NCBI GenBank assembly: GCA_002269645.1 | Contig: NIVC01001216.1 | Coordinates: 270,340 to 334,339 of the forward strand | DNA length: 64,000 nucleotides | From: Macrostomum lignano | Lineage: Eukaryota | Reading direction: 5' to 3' | Shown here: in pieces, positions 50,001-59,812 of the stretch | How the letters are laid out: every line of letters starts with the position of its first letter | Numbering within the stretch: the first letter of the stretch is position 1 | The notes under the pieces: generated by a model | What the model saw: only the letters and a program-made list of their open reading frames with translations | Told to the model about the DNA's origin: nothing | The model's database searches: none | Position numbers and translations under genes: made by a program

Positions 50001-53000
50001 GGCGCAAAATACCCTCGTGTTCTGGGTTATTGAGTACCTGACACAAGGTCTGACACTATCTCTGACATTAGTCATAGCTGACACCATGCCTGACACATGA
50101 GTCATAGCTGACATCATGCCTGACACATGAGTCGTAGCTGACACCATGCCTGACACATGAGTCGTAGCTGACACCATGCCTGACACATGAGTCATAGCTG
50201 ACATCATGCCTGACACACGAGTCATAGCTGACATCATGCCTGACACTTGAGTCGTAGCTGACACCATGCCTGACACATGAGTCATAGCTGACATCATGTC
50301 TGACACACGAGTCATAGCTGACACTCACCATGCCTGACACATGAGTCATAGCTGACACTCACCATGCCTGACACACGAGTCATAGCTGACACCCACCATG
50401 CCTGACACACGAGTCATAGCTGACACTCACCATGCCTGACACACGAGTCATAGCTGACAAATAGTCAGACTAAAGAATAAAAGCTGACAAAATCTCTGAC
50501 TCACTAAGTCAAAATAGGCATAATTGTCTGACTCATTCGCTATTGAAAATATCAACATTTACTAACAACTCCCGCTTGTTGACTTTAATTAATGTGTCAG
50601 GTTGACTCTAACAAAAAGTTAATGCATTTTTTTGTAACAAAAAAGCCGTGTTTACTGATGGCGTTACTGATGGCGAAGTTTTTATTAAACCTCAACAAGC
50701 TTCAAACTTATCGATGAATTGAATTCGATTGTACAACTTCACTGCAGCAGCCAAGTCCCAGTCAAAGCAGAGGTCACTCGGTGCAGAGCAGGCTGGACTA
50801 TGCTCAAATGCTCTTCCAGGTGAAACAAAACCGCCTTAGCTAGATAGGGAAATCCAACAATAACTTGGTGACACCTTTAGAAAAAACAATAAAAATCTTT
50901 CAGTAGCATAGGCACGAGTGAATCTAATTTAAATAGAATATTTAACAATCTAGTAGCTAGTCTATCTGTAAAACTATTATTATTCTTCAGTTTTAAAACT
51001 CTTTCAGTGGACAATATAAAAAAATTAGAACATTTTAACCCACTGGTTGGCTAATCAGAATTATTTATCTAACTTCCGTAATTTACTTGAAAATTAAAAT
51101 ACAAACTTTTTGAAAAACTCATTCAGTAAGTGTTCAGTAGTGCAATTAGCGTTTTTCGTTATTTTTCTTGTTTCTAGTGTGTCATTAATCTTCCAGCCAA
51201 TCAACTTGCACCGCAGGAACAGCTGGCCATCTCCAAGCGGCACACGGACAGCATCGGGGTGGACAGCGACTCCGAGAGCACCCGGGGCTCCGTGCGCAAC
51301 TACGCATTGGCCAGCCTTAACAGAAAAGTGTCCGACCGTGAGTGCGCGTGACACAAGTTTTGAGCTGCTGGCTTCTCATCTTTATTGTGAAATTCTTAAT
51401 TCTATACTGTTTTTCTTTATTATCTTCTCACCGTCTCCCCTATCTCATCCTCTCTCCATCAATCTCACCCTCTCCCCTCCCAAATCTCACCCTCCCCCCA
51501 AATCTTACCCTCTCACCCCCAAATCTCACCCTCTCGCCCCAAATCTCACCCTCTCTCCCCAAAATCTCACTCTCTCTCCCCAAATCTCACCCTCTTTCCT
51601 CCCAAATCTCACCCTCTTTCCTCCCAAATCTCACCCTCTTTCCTCCCAAATCTCACCCTCTTTCCTCCCAAATCTCACCCTCCCCCTTCCAAATCTTACC
51701 CTCTCTCCCCCAAATCTCACCCTCTCCCCTCCAAAATCTCACTCTCTACCCTCCCAAATCTCACCCTCCCCCCAAATCTCACCCTCTCTCCCCAAATCTC
51801 ACCCTCTTTCCTCCCAAATCTCACCCTCCCCTCCAAGTCTCACCCTCTCTCCCCCAAATCTCATCCTCTCTCTCTCAAATCTCACCCTCTCACCCCCAAA
51901 TCTCACCCTCTCTCCCCAAATCTCACCCTCTTTCCTCCCAAATCTCACCCTCCCCTCCAAGTCTCACCCTCTCTCCCCCAAATCTCATCCTCTCTCTCTC
52001 AAATCTCACCCTCTCTCCCCCAAATCTCATCCTCTCTCTCTCAAATCTCACCCTCTCTCCCCCAAATCTCACCCTCTCCCTTAATCTCCCCTCTCCCTCA
52101 ATCTCACCCACCTCACACTAGCCAAACCAATCACCACATTCACAGAGAGCTTCAGCGCCGCTCCGGACGCTGCCGCAGCTGCAGCCTCTCCGGCAGCCTC
52201 GAAGCCACCAGCCCCCAGGCGGAACCTCAGCCGACCGCTGCGACCTTCGCCGAGCCAGACGGGGCCGCCTTCGTCCAGCGAATCGCTTCAGTCGTCGGCT
52301 CCGGCAGCTTCAGGCCCACTGGCCAATCCAGACCGATCGCTTCAGGAGGCGCTGACGCGAGTGCAGGCCAGCGACTGGCAGGCCAAGTGCGAGGGCCTTC
52401 AGCTGGTTCAACGACTGGCCGCAAACCATCCAGAAGTGGCCGCCAGAGAGATGCACCCGCTGACCCTGGCCGTCATTGGCGAAGTGAAAAATCTTCGCTC
52501 CCAGGTGTCTCGACTGGCAATGTCGACTCTCGGCTGCCTGCTGCAGCACCTGGGCAAACGGATGGACGCTGAGCTTGAGCAGTGCGCAAAAATTCTACTG
52601 CAGAAAGGCAGCGAGACTAACAAGTGAGTTTCCTGAGCTGAGGCAATTCTGCTCATTCCGTTTGGCTCCTGACTGAGTTGAGGTCCTGACCCTCCTTGGG
52701 GGCCATATATTAAACAGACACTTTGACAATAGGAACAGTCTATGGGTCTGCAGCCAAGGGCTCAATAGGTTTCTGACTCGGAAATGGCTGCTCTATATTG
52801 TAACTTTTATTGCAATCTGATGCGTTTTCAACAACTGTCTGCAGATTTATCCAAGAAGACGCTGAGTCGGCACTGATGAGCATGGTTGAGCACTGCAACC
52901 AGGGACGAGCCCTCGGAGCGATCATACAGGTGAAGCAATGATCCTAGGGGATTTTTCCTGGCAGAGATTTGAGAATGGTTCAGAGTTGAGAAAAGTCTGG

Positions 53001-56000
53001 GCAAGACTTAATGGGACTGAGTGAGATTTGGTGAGACTGGATGAGATTTGGTGAGACTGGGAGAGATTTGGTGAGACTGGGGGAGATTTAGTGAGACTGG
53101 ATGAGAGTTGGTGAGACTGGATGAGATTTGGTGAGACTGGATGCGATTTTGTGAGACTGGATGAGATTTTGTGAGACTGGATGAGATTTGGTGAGACTGG
53201 GAGAGATTTGGTGGGACTGGGGGAGATTTAGTGAGACTGGATGAGATTTGGTGAGACTGGATGAGATTTGGTGAGACTGGATGCGATTTTGTGAGACTGG
53301 ATGAGATTTGGTGAGACTGGATGCGATTTTGTGAGACTGGATGAGATTTGGTGAGACTGGATGCGATTTTGTGAGACTGGATGAGATTTGGGGAGACTGG
53401 ACGCGATTTTCTGAGACTGTGTGAGATTTAGTGAGACTGGGTGAGATTTTGTGAGACTGGATGCGATTTTGTGAGACTGGATGCGATTTTGTGAGACTGG
53501 ATGCAATTTTGTGAGACTGGATGCGATTTTGTGAGACTGGATGCGATTTTGTGAGACTGGATGCGATTTTGTGAGACTGGATGAGATTTGGTGAGACTGA
53601 GTGAGATTTGGTGAGACTGGGTGAGATTTGGTGAGACTGGAAGAGATTTTCTGGGACAGCGTGGGATTTGGTGAGACTGGATGAGATTTGTTAAGACTGC
53701 ATCTCTGATATCGATATTGGTACAAAATGGAACAGATATTAAGACAGTTGCAGATTGAGATTGGAAACAGGTCAAGATCTAGTTTGAGACTAGCATAAGA
53801 TAGATTCAGAAGAGACAGACTTAGATTTGGGAATGAGACTCTGTGAGACCGCTTGTCAATACTTGAAATCCGAGCGAGACTCCCCTGTCCCTCCCGGCGC
53901 TCAGGGCGGCGCCAGCCACAAGAGCTCCCAGGTGCGCAGCCTGTGCGCGCAGATTCTCTCCGAGCTGTGCGATCGCATGGGCCCCGGCCGGGTGCTCTCC
54001 GGCGTCAAGGACGTCACCGACAAGCTGCTAGCCACGGCGGCAAATTTCTGTCTAGACGGCAGTCAGGAGACTCGATACTGGGGCCGGACAATTCTGTACC
54101 CGCTGCTCGGCCACCAGGACTTTGACGCGCTGATCAGCAAGCACGTATCACCTGCCGTGATGCGCAACCTCAAGGATGTGCTGGAGAATCTCCGGCTGAA
54201 AGGCGTCGGCGACCAGCCGCCGTCGACGTTTAGCGCCGGCACAAAAAGTCGGCGCGGCAACTCGGCCGGCTCGGCGGACTCGGCCAGTCTGGCCGGATCG
54301 TACGCTTCGACCTCGACGACGGGACAGTCGGCGCCGTTGGGCCGCCAGAGAGGCGCCGCTGGCAGCAACAGTCGGCTGAGCGACGCCGCCGCCGACTTGG
54401 TGAAGACGGCCTGCCAAAGGCTGAACGCTCCGGACTGGAAGGAGCGGCTGTCTGGGATCGACCAGCTGGCTGAGCTGAGCCAGGAGCGCACGGATCTGGT
54501 TGGCCAGTGCATTGTGAAGGTATGGCGTCTTCGCGTGTTCGTGTCTTTATGTCTCAATGCCGTTGTTGCCTTTACGCTCGTATTTATTGGTGTCCTATTG
54601 TGTCTTCATGTCTTGGTGTCCTATTGTGTCTTCATGTCTTGGTGTCCTATTGTGTCTTCATGTCTTGGTGTCCTATTGTGTCTTCATGTCTTGGTGTCCT
54701 ATTGTGTCTTCATGTCTTGGTGTCATATTGTGTCTTCATGTCTTGGTGTCCTATTGTGTCTTCATGTCTTGGTGTCCTACTGTGTCTTCATGTCTTGGTG
54801 TCCTATTGTGTCTTCATGTCTTGGTGTCCTATTGTGTCTTCATGTCTTGGTGTCCTATTGTGTCTTCTCTTCATGTCTTGGTGTCTTCATGCCTTGCTAT
54901 CCTATTGTGTCGTGTCTTGGTGCCAAATTGTGTCTTTATGTATTGGTGTCCTATTCTGTCTTCTTTTCTTCATGCCCAAGTGCTTAATACTCGTACCTCA
55001 AACAATTCGGACAACTCATTTTTAGTACGAGCGTATATTTGATTAGTCATTCGAAAATTCAAACAGGTGATGTTCTGTCTTAGCGGTTAGGACCAGTTGA
55101 TCTTCAAAAGTTCTGAAGAGGTTGACTTAAATTTTAAGACAATCCGGTTTTGAAGTCGTGGCTTAAACTTTCAAGCTTTTTTCATACCTGAGACCACTCA
55201 GCACCGCTCAGCCACTCCATCCACCTCCGTCCCTCCCGCGCAGTTCATGGACGCATTCGCGCCTCGTCTGGGTGATTCCAATTCAAAGGTGCAACAGCAC
55301 GCATTGGAAACCGCCCTGCAGCTGGTGCACCCGTTGCGCAACTACCTGCCCACGGTGGCCAACACACTCGTGCAGCACGCTGCTCCCGTGCTGTCATCGA
55401 AATCCGCCGAGTTGGCCAGCTTAGCCGGACAGCTGCTGGACATCTTCATCCTGGAGGTGGACTCGGAGAAACTGGCTCAACCGTTTGTACAGGTGACTGG
55501 TGAAGTGCACACCTCTCTCATTACAGTACAGGGTCTACATAAGTGAACTTTTTAGTTAAATGAGGCGCTTCAGACACTTCCCAATTCGGTAATTCAGACA
55601 CTTCCCAATTCGGTAATTCAGACACTTCCCAATTCGGTAATTCAGACACTTTCCAATTCGGTAATTCAGACACTTCCCAATTCGGTAATTCAGACACTTC
55701 CCAATTCGGTAATTCAGACACTTCCCAATTCGGTGATTCAGACACTTCCCAATTTTGGTGTCCCCTGTTTTAACACCCTGTTTTCAACTTTAATTACTTT
55801 TAATTACTTGTATAACCAAATTTTGCACCACATACACTACTCAATCGACTCTGAACACCCAGCTGTTAGGTTTAAATCCTACATGCATATAGAATCTGAC
55901 AATTATTTGGTCCCGCAGGCCGTTGCCACCGGAAATCCGCGCTCAAAACCGGAACTGGTGGACAAACTGGCGGCGCTAGCGGAGCGTTTGGCGCCAAGAA

Positions 56001-56230
56001 AGCCGCGCCTATCTCAGCTGCATTTGGAGCCGGAGCTGTTCCGCCTATTGGGCGGCCTAGCCTCGGCGCCAGGCGCCGGCTCTGTGGCGCTAAAATCTAG
56101 CGCCTACAGATTGGCGCAAACTTTGGCAAGCTACTCCGGCCCTGCTGAGCTGCTGGATCGAGCACGATCGAATGCTCAATGCACACCGCAGGCAGTTTCC
56201 ATGCTGGAAGATGCACTGAGGCAGTACTAA
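23080..56230 (+). CDS. TOGARAM1: TOGARAM1 / crescerin / FAM179B / CHE-12 orthologue. Exons 23080-23492, 24555-24897, 27981-28001, 28235-29342, 30184-30290, 34413-34734, 35692-35937, 36871-37002, 37604-37675, 41768-41982, 47159-47262, 47657-47928, 48564-48674, 49111-49490, 49787-49885, 50748-50819, 51217-51337, 52146-52623, 52845-52929, 53905-54519, 55244-55492, 55919-56230
   Basis: HEAT/TOG segments at both ends (LRDPDWEVRNKA; LLDDVNFRI, LEHRNSRVRQE, LLDPKRQVRHAALE; ASDWQAKCEGL, EVKNLRSQVSR, GSETNKFIQEDA, LDGSQETRYWGR; APDWKERLSGI, RLGDSNSKVQ), linker motif GKLPWE and a long disordered middle. All junctions are GT-AG with consistent phases; total 5877 nt (about 1958 aa). Linker exons are less certain than TOG exons. 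Confidence 0.9.
23643..24472. repeat. 15-bp intronic minisatellite
   Basis: (ctggcgcctctggtg)n, about 55 copies, in intron 23493-24554. Confidence 0.98.
25012..27710. repeat. 22-bp intronic minisatellite (GC-box + CCAAT-like unit)
   Basis: (ggggcggattggtttagttt(c/t)a)n, about 120 copies. Confidence 0.98.
27981..28001 (+). CDS. TOGARAM1: 21-nt phase 0-0 microexon of TOGARAM1 (AAMPGET)
   Basis: Acceptor cctctcttacctgtgcgcag and donor G|GTGAGT; frame-compatible with both flanking exons. Confidence 0.65.
29368..29855. repeat. 23-bp intronic minisatellite
   Basis: (gagagtgtgatg(c/t)gacggaaatt)n, about 21 copies, starting about 25 nt after the donor at 29343. Confidence 0.97.
30365..30660. repeat. 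About 41-bp C-rich intronic repeat
   Basis: ccccacctcacgccgcgcctctcctttctaacccccaaaac, about 7 copies. Confidence 0.9.
31370..31940. repeat. Pyrimidine-rich 11-bp-based intronic repeat with higher-order blocks
   Basis: (tttctcatctg)n with recurring ctatcatctatttatcacctg blocks. Confidence 0.92.
32505..33176. repeat. 28-bp intronic minisatellite
   Basis: (aaaatctaggcgccaattcaaaat(t/c)cac)n, about 24 copies. Confidence 0.96.
34000..34225 (-). mobile_element. tRNA-derived SINE with a CORE/V/Meta-type central hairpin
   Basis: Minus strand reads TAGCCTTTAGTGTTTAGAGCGTCGGACTCATGACG...GAAGGTCGGGGGTTCGATTCCCG (A box, CAT anticodon-like loop, B box), then GTGTCCTTGAGCAAGACACTTAAC...CACCCAGCTGTAAAT and an AT-rich tail. 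Confidence 0.8.
34923..35375. repeat. 20-bp intronic minisatellite
   Basis: (ttttagatatcagaatg(t/g)c(g/a))n, about 22 copies; contains GATATC. Confidence 0.97.
36296..36520. repeat. 22-bp intronic minisatellite
   Basis: (cag(t/c)tcaggatcatagag(g/a)cgt)n, about 10 copies. Confidence 0.95.
37040..37285. repeat. CT-rich low-complexity tract
   Basis: Near-pure pyrimidine run in intron 37003-37603. Confidence 0.9.
38785..39957 (-). pseudogene. Pao pol remnant: RT core fused in frame to the integrase C-terminal region
   Basis: DVAEMYLQI, VFGVTSSPFLA, YMDD, KWVSN, LASVFDPLGLISP, then an abrupt jump to ALLNSRPLT, LTPNHFLIG, WRRWWHEWL, WPLARV, RPISKLCPI. Most of RNase H and the integrase core are missing. 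Confidence 0.9.
39900..40301 (-). pseudogene. Truncated gag N-terminus of the Pao element
   Basis: Coiled-coil-like ORF starting just after the PBS (KSRKKAAFTRCKNKL); the gag-like portion ends near 39960 where RT sequence begins in another frame. Confidence 0.65.
40349..40366 (-). other. Primer-binding site complementary to the initiator tRNA-Met 3' end
   Basis: Minus strand TGGTAGCAGAGCGTGGTT, 3 nt after the 5' LTR. Its complement ends CTCTGCTACCA, as eukaryotic tRNA-iMet does. Confidence 0.85.
40670..40935. repeat. GA-rich low-complexity tract abutting the LTR insertion site
   Basis: Near-pure purine run starting at the right TSD. Confidence 0.9.
41336..41670. repeat. 21-bp intronic minisatellite
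   Basis: (ttcagatggaactaaatccca)n, about 15 copies. Confidence 0.95.
42022..43775. repeat. 43-bp intronic minisatellite with an internal hairpin and a 3' splice-site-like motif
   Basis: (agaatggattgctaatctattctctttgcagtgtattg(g/a)gaat)n, about 41 copies. Confidence 0.98.
44190..46722. repeat. 14-bp intronic minisatellite with higher-order structure
   Basis: (ccagttac(c/a)acact)n, about 180 copies. Confidence 0.98.
46910..46923 (+). promoter_or_regulatory. Canonical RFX X-box inside a TOGARAM1 intron
   Basis: GTTGCCATAGTAAC, a perfect match to GTNRCC-N2-RGYAAC, 235 nt upstream of exon 47159. Confidence 0.65.
47275..47630. repeat. 19-bp intronic minisatellite whose unit is X-box-like
   Basis: (gattgttatccctagcaac)n, 19 copies counted, 17 retaining TAGCAAC. 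Confidence 0.97.
47940..48555. repeat. 23-bp minisatellite filling almost all of intron 47929-48563
   Basis: (ctaacacactgggatttccctat)n, about 26 copies. Confidence 0.97.
49040..49100. repeat. Short 14-bp repeat merging into the acceptor at 49110
   Basis: ccacatcccacagt x about 4, then ccacactccgcactccgcag. Confidence 0.75.
49535..49690. repeat. About 24-bp intronic repeat
   Basis: ccttcaggaatcggcctctaa(atg/tct), about 6 copies. Confidence 0.9.
50065..50460. repeat. 30/33-bp intronic minisatellite
   Basis: (gtcatagctgacaccatgcctgacacatga)n, with later copies lengthened by a ctc/ccc insertion. Confidence 0.95.
51450..52110. repeat. About 21-bp pyrimidine-rich intronic minisatellite
   Basis: (aaatctcaccctct(c/t)tccccc)n. 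Confidence 0.94.
53018..53695. repeat. 20-bp intronic minisatellite containing GTGAGA donor-like motifs
   Basis: (gagattt(g/t)gtgagactggat)n, about 33 copies. Confidence 0.96.
54585..54900. repeat. 26-bp intronic minisatellite
   Basis: (tgtcttcatgtcttggtgtcctattg)n, about 11 copies. Confidence 0.95.
55570..55755. repeat. 24-bp intronic minisatellite
   Basis: (cagacacttcccaattcggtaatt)n, about 8 copies. Confidence 0.96.
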
Positions 56231-57983
56231 ATTGTAATCGCCAGATTTTATATTTTAACGTTATTAAGTAGTACAGTGTGTACAAAAATCTATCCGGGTG
56301 TGCTTGGGTTGTTTTTGGGCTTGACTTTGATTTTTAATTACTTGTAAAATTGTTTATCGAAACATTTCATTAACTTTATAAATGAGCCTCCAGTCTGGGC
56401 TTACTAAAGTGTTTACAATCGCCAGATTTTTTTATTTTTAATTCGCGTATTGTACTTTAGCTGCCTGCGCGCCGTCCGCCCCAATCCAACATTCGTTCTA
56501 GCTAGCGCTCTCCCCCTTTCCTTTTTAGAATGTAAATTCAGTTGACTCGTAAATGTACACACAGAATAGCCCCCGCCACCCCATTCACTCGTTCAATCGG
56601 TTCAAGCCCTTTCGCTCGATTACTGTTCCGCCTCTTCTCTTACGAGCTATCTTGTCATCTAAATAGCTTAAACTCATAAACTGTTGTTCTTGTGACCGCC
56701 TTAGTACGAGATTAGCTAATATACATTATTTACGTATACTTTATTTTATTAGACTATCATTTTGGTGAAATACGAGTATGTAATGAATACGCTCAATTTT
56801 CCTGATTTGTGTCTTATGCTTATCGCTTGTTTTAAGTGACTAATGATTTTTATACTTGAAAGTGAGAATTATTTCATACCATGATAGTAGTAAATTGATT
56901 CAGCCAACAAGCAAACACACTACAACGACACTACTACATAAAACATTGAATTAATACGAGGGGTTAGATTAATTTAATCTTTTAAAAACGAAAATAAATA
57001 TTTTAAATAGACTTTTGTTTTAAATGTTTCTCACTAAACGTATCAAATGCTTTCGTGGCTGCTTATAAATTTGTACTTCGCTACGACAGAAACTTGATGC
57101 TTACGTTGCATGCTTTGTTGCGTTTTCCTGCGTCTCACTGTGATCTCATTTTGCCTTCGAACTGTGATTTAAAAAAAAGCTAAATTCAGCGACAAGCTTT
57201 CATTCTGTACAGCAGATCGGTCTGATGCGGTTTCGCGGACTTTGCTGTTTTATTTTCATTCTGTTGAAAGTGCAGTCTGTATACGTAGCAGTATATAATT
57301 GCAACATTTGTTATGTGTAACCACGCAAATCCGAACAAAACTTTCCCGTTTGCTGGTTCAAAGCTGTATAAAGAGGCCGTCCAAAAAATACTAGACTAAC
57401 GCTTTCGCCCAGTTTATTTTTATTGAAGAATAATGTGCTTCAACTGCTAATTATAACCTTTACTAATGTGCTCTCTCCTGCCTGTGCATTCCGATATTCT
57501 GGTGTATAATCGTAAAACCAGTATATGTAAAAAAATCTCCGTCCAATTCCTTTATAGTTGTTTTGTTATACTTCTATTTTTCTGGCTCAGCAAATTGAAC
57601 AGAGTGGATCGAAGCTGTCCTCTGTTTTTGTAAGTGTATAAAAACCGAAACCTCAAATTGATTTACTATTCAAACGGAAATTCTATCGCAAATCTTTCTT
57701 GTTTGTTTTAAAACACACACCGGAATATACTAGAGACGGCACAATTTTGAATTTACGATAGCTAATTTCTTTGCTTAAAATATACTATTTTTAACATTGT
57801 ATCACTGAGAGCTTGAGTCTTTACTAAAGTTTAATTTAAATGCCAAGTAGTTACTGGACTTTTGTATATTACCATGTTCTGTAAAAAGTTTTAAAGGTAC
57901 ATTTCTATTTTTTTAGATCGCTAGGTTTAAACAAGAGAAAAATATCACACGGAATTATAGATAGACAGGTTTTTCAACCCTGA

Positions 57984-58644
57984 TCATTTCGGTGTATTAG
58001 CAGAAAGCTTTCCGAGATCCCAATAACGCCTGGCGTCCGCCTCCAACCAGGCTCGCTTCTCGTTGACGACATCTGAAATTAATAAAAAAAACAGATGCAA
58101 AATATAGCTACAGTTGATTTTGCAAAAGTCTGGATGTACCAGCTCGTATTTAAAGTAAAATATCATCTCATTTTCATCAGACCCAAGCTGGCAATTGCAA
58201 AGCCTCGCTGGCGCCCCTGCATGGTGCTGGCGCCCCTGCATGGTGCTGGCGCGCCGACTCGCGTAATGGATGTGGTGCGGAAGAGCCCCCCTCGAATGAA
58301 AAAAAGCAACATTAATTACCCTCGGCAGATGGCAGGCCACCCTTGACCTCCGTCTCGGTTGGGCGCAGCGGTTTATTCAGGTGCACGTCGCGAGTTTTCA
58401 ACTCCTGGCCCATGAACACCTTGGCCTGCAGGCTTCGTCTGTCAAGATCGTCCCTCTGTTCGCATCTGGACAATAATTGAGACTGGATAGCGTCGAGGCG
58501 ACTCTTAGCGAATGGGGCTTCGAATGCCTGCAGCACTTCCGCATAGTGCTGCTGACTGATTGGCAGCTGCTGTTCGCGTCTCGCCCGAGGTGCATACTTT
58601 TGCGGCTGCGTGTGACGCAATTCTTTTGGCAAGTTTTCCGTCAT
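57984..58644 (-). CDS. Small unknown spliced protein, about 137 aa. Exons 58644-58320 and 58072-57984; a probable upstream exon at 58872-58779
   Basis: Donor GAGG|GTAATT at 58319 (phase 1) joins acceptor ttttattaatttcag| at 58073 in frame (SAE-D-VVNEKRAWLEADARRYWDLGK...*). The sequence is non-repetitive and helical-looking. The start codon is uncertain. Confidence 0.65.
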
Positions 58645-58793
58645 TATAGGCCTTAAAACTATAAGACTATAATCCAACAGCTAAAAGTTCAACACGAGAA
58701 AGAAACTGAGATGGAATGCATGCAGAATAAGCAGTGGAATATGGGGAGTTAAAAATGAGAGGATAGAAAGGACATGACTTCCTCTCTCTTGCA

Positions 58794-58808
58794 GTCTCCG
58801 TTGGCAAC
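58794..58808. promoter_or_regulatory. X-box-like motif about 150 nt upstream of the small gene ATG
   Basis: GTCTCC-GTT-GGCAAC fits the X-box layout with a 3-nt spacer and one left-half deviation. Confidence 0.5.
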
Positions 58809-59224
58809 AGGTTGTTGGAGTGCGTACAGGTGAATTACAGGATTGAGGGAATGAGCTAGCTAGGGCCAGCAACTGCAGAGGGGTGGAAAGGACTGGTTTA
58901 TTCAGTGTACAGTTTCAAGTGCACATGCGCAGAATGTAGCTAATGCAGCCATCTGCATTTTGTTGCTGAATTGCTGAATTAGTTATACCGATTCAAGGCC
59001 TAATTTACATGCATGCGCATGTTCTCCAGGCTCCGGTTTTACCTGTATGAAATTTATTCTCGACTTATAATCGCCTCTCATAAGCTGACACTTTTAGAAC
59101 CTGATTGGAGTTTCGCCTGCTTAAAACTGTCGATGCAGAATGCAGTATCTGGGCCTCGAAATAATTGCCTATAATATAATGTATATTATATTACGAGGCT
59201 ACGCCGAAAAATTCTTCGTGAACC

Positions 59225-59812
59225 ATATGTCTCTGTCATGCCTGTCTTTCTGTCTGCCTGCCTGTCTTTCTGTCTGCCTGCCTGTCTTTCTGTCTGCCTG
59301 CCTGTCTTTCTGTCTGCCTGCCTGTCTTTCTGTCTGCCTGCCTGTCTTTCTGTCTGCCTGCCTGTCTTTCTGTCTGCCTGCCTGTCTTTCTGTCTGCCTG
59401 CCTGTCTTTCTGTCTGCCTGCCTGTCTTTCTGTCTGCCTGCCTGTCTTTCTGTCTGCCTGCCTGTCTTTCTGTCTGCCTGCCTGTCTTTCTGCTGTCTGT
59501 CTGCCTGCCTGTCTTTCTGCTGTCTGTCTGCCTGCCTGTCTTTCTGTCTGTCTGTCTGCCTGCCTGTCTTTCTGTCTGTCTGTCTGCCTGCCTGTCTTTC
59601 TGCTGTCTGTCTGCCTGCCTGGCTTTCTGCCGGTCTGTCTGTCTGTCTGTTTGCCTGCCTGTCTTTCTGTCTATCTGCCTGCCTGTCTGTCTGTCTGTCT
59701 GTCTGTCTGTCTGCCTGTCTTTCTACCTGCCTTCCTGTCTTTCTGTCTGTCTGTCTTTCTGTCTGTCGTCTGTCTGTCTTTCTGTCTGACTGTCTGTCTG
59801 TCTGCCTGTCTG
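59225..59812. repeat. Compound (TCTG/CCTG/TTTC) microsatellite with a 20-bp higher-order unit
   Basis: (gcctgcctgtctttctgtct)n degrading rightward. Confidence 0.96.

Noticed and set aside
56231-56445. About 25-bp direct duplication (aatcgccagatttt) in the TOGARAM1 3' region
   Set aside because: Short and AT-rich with no associated structure.
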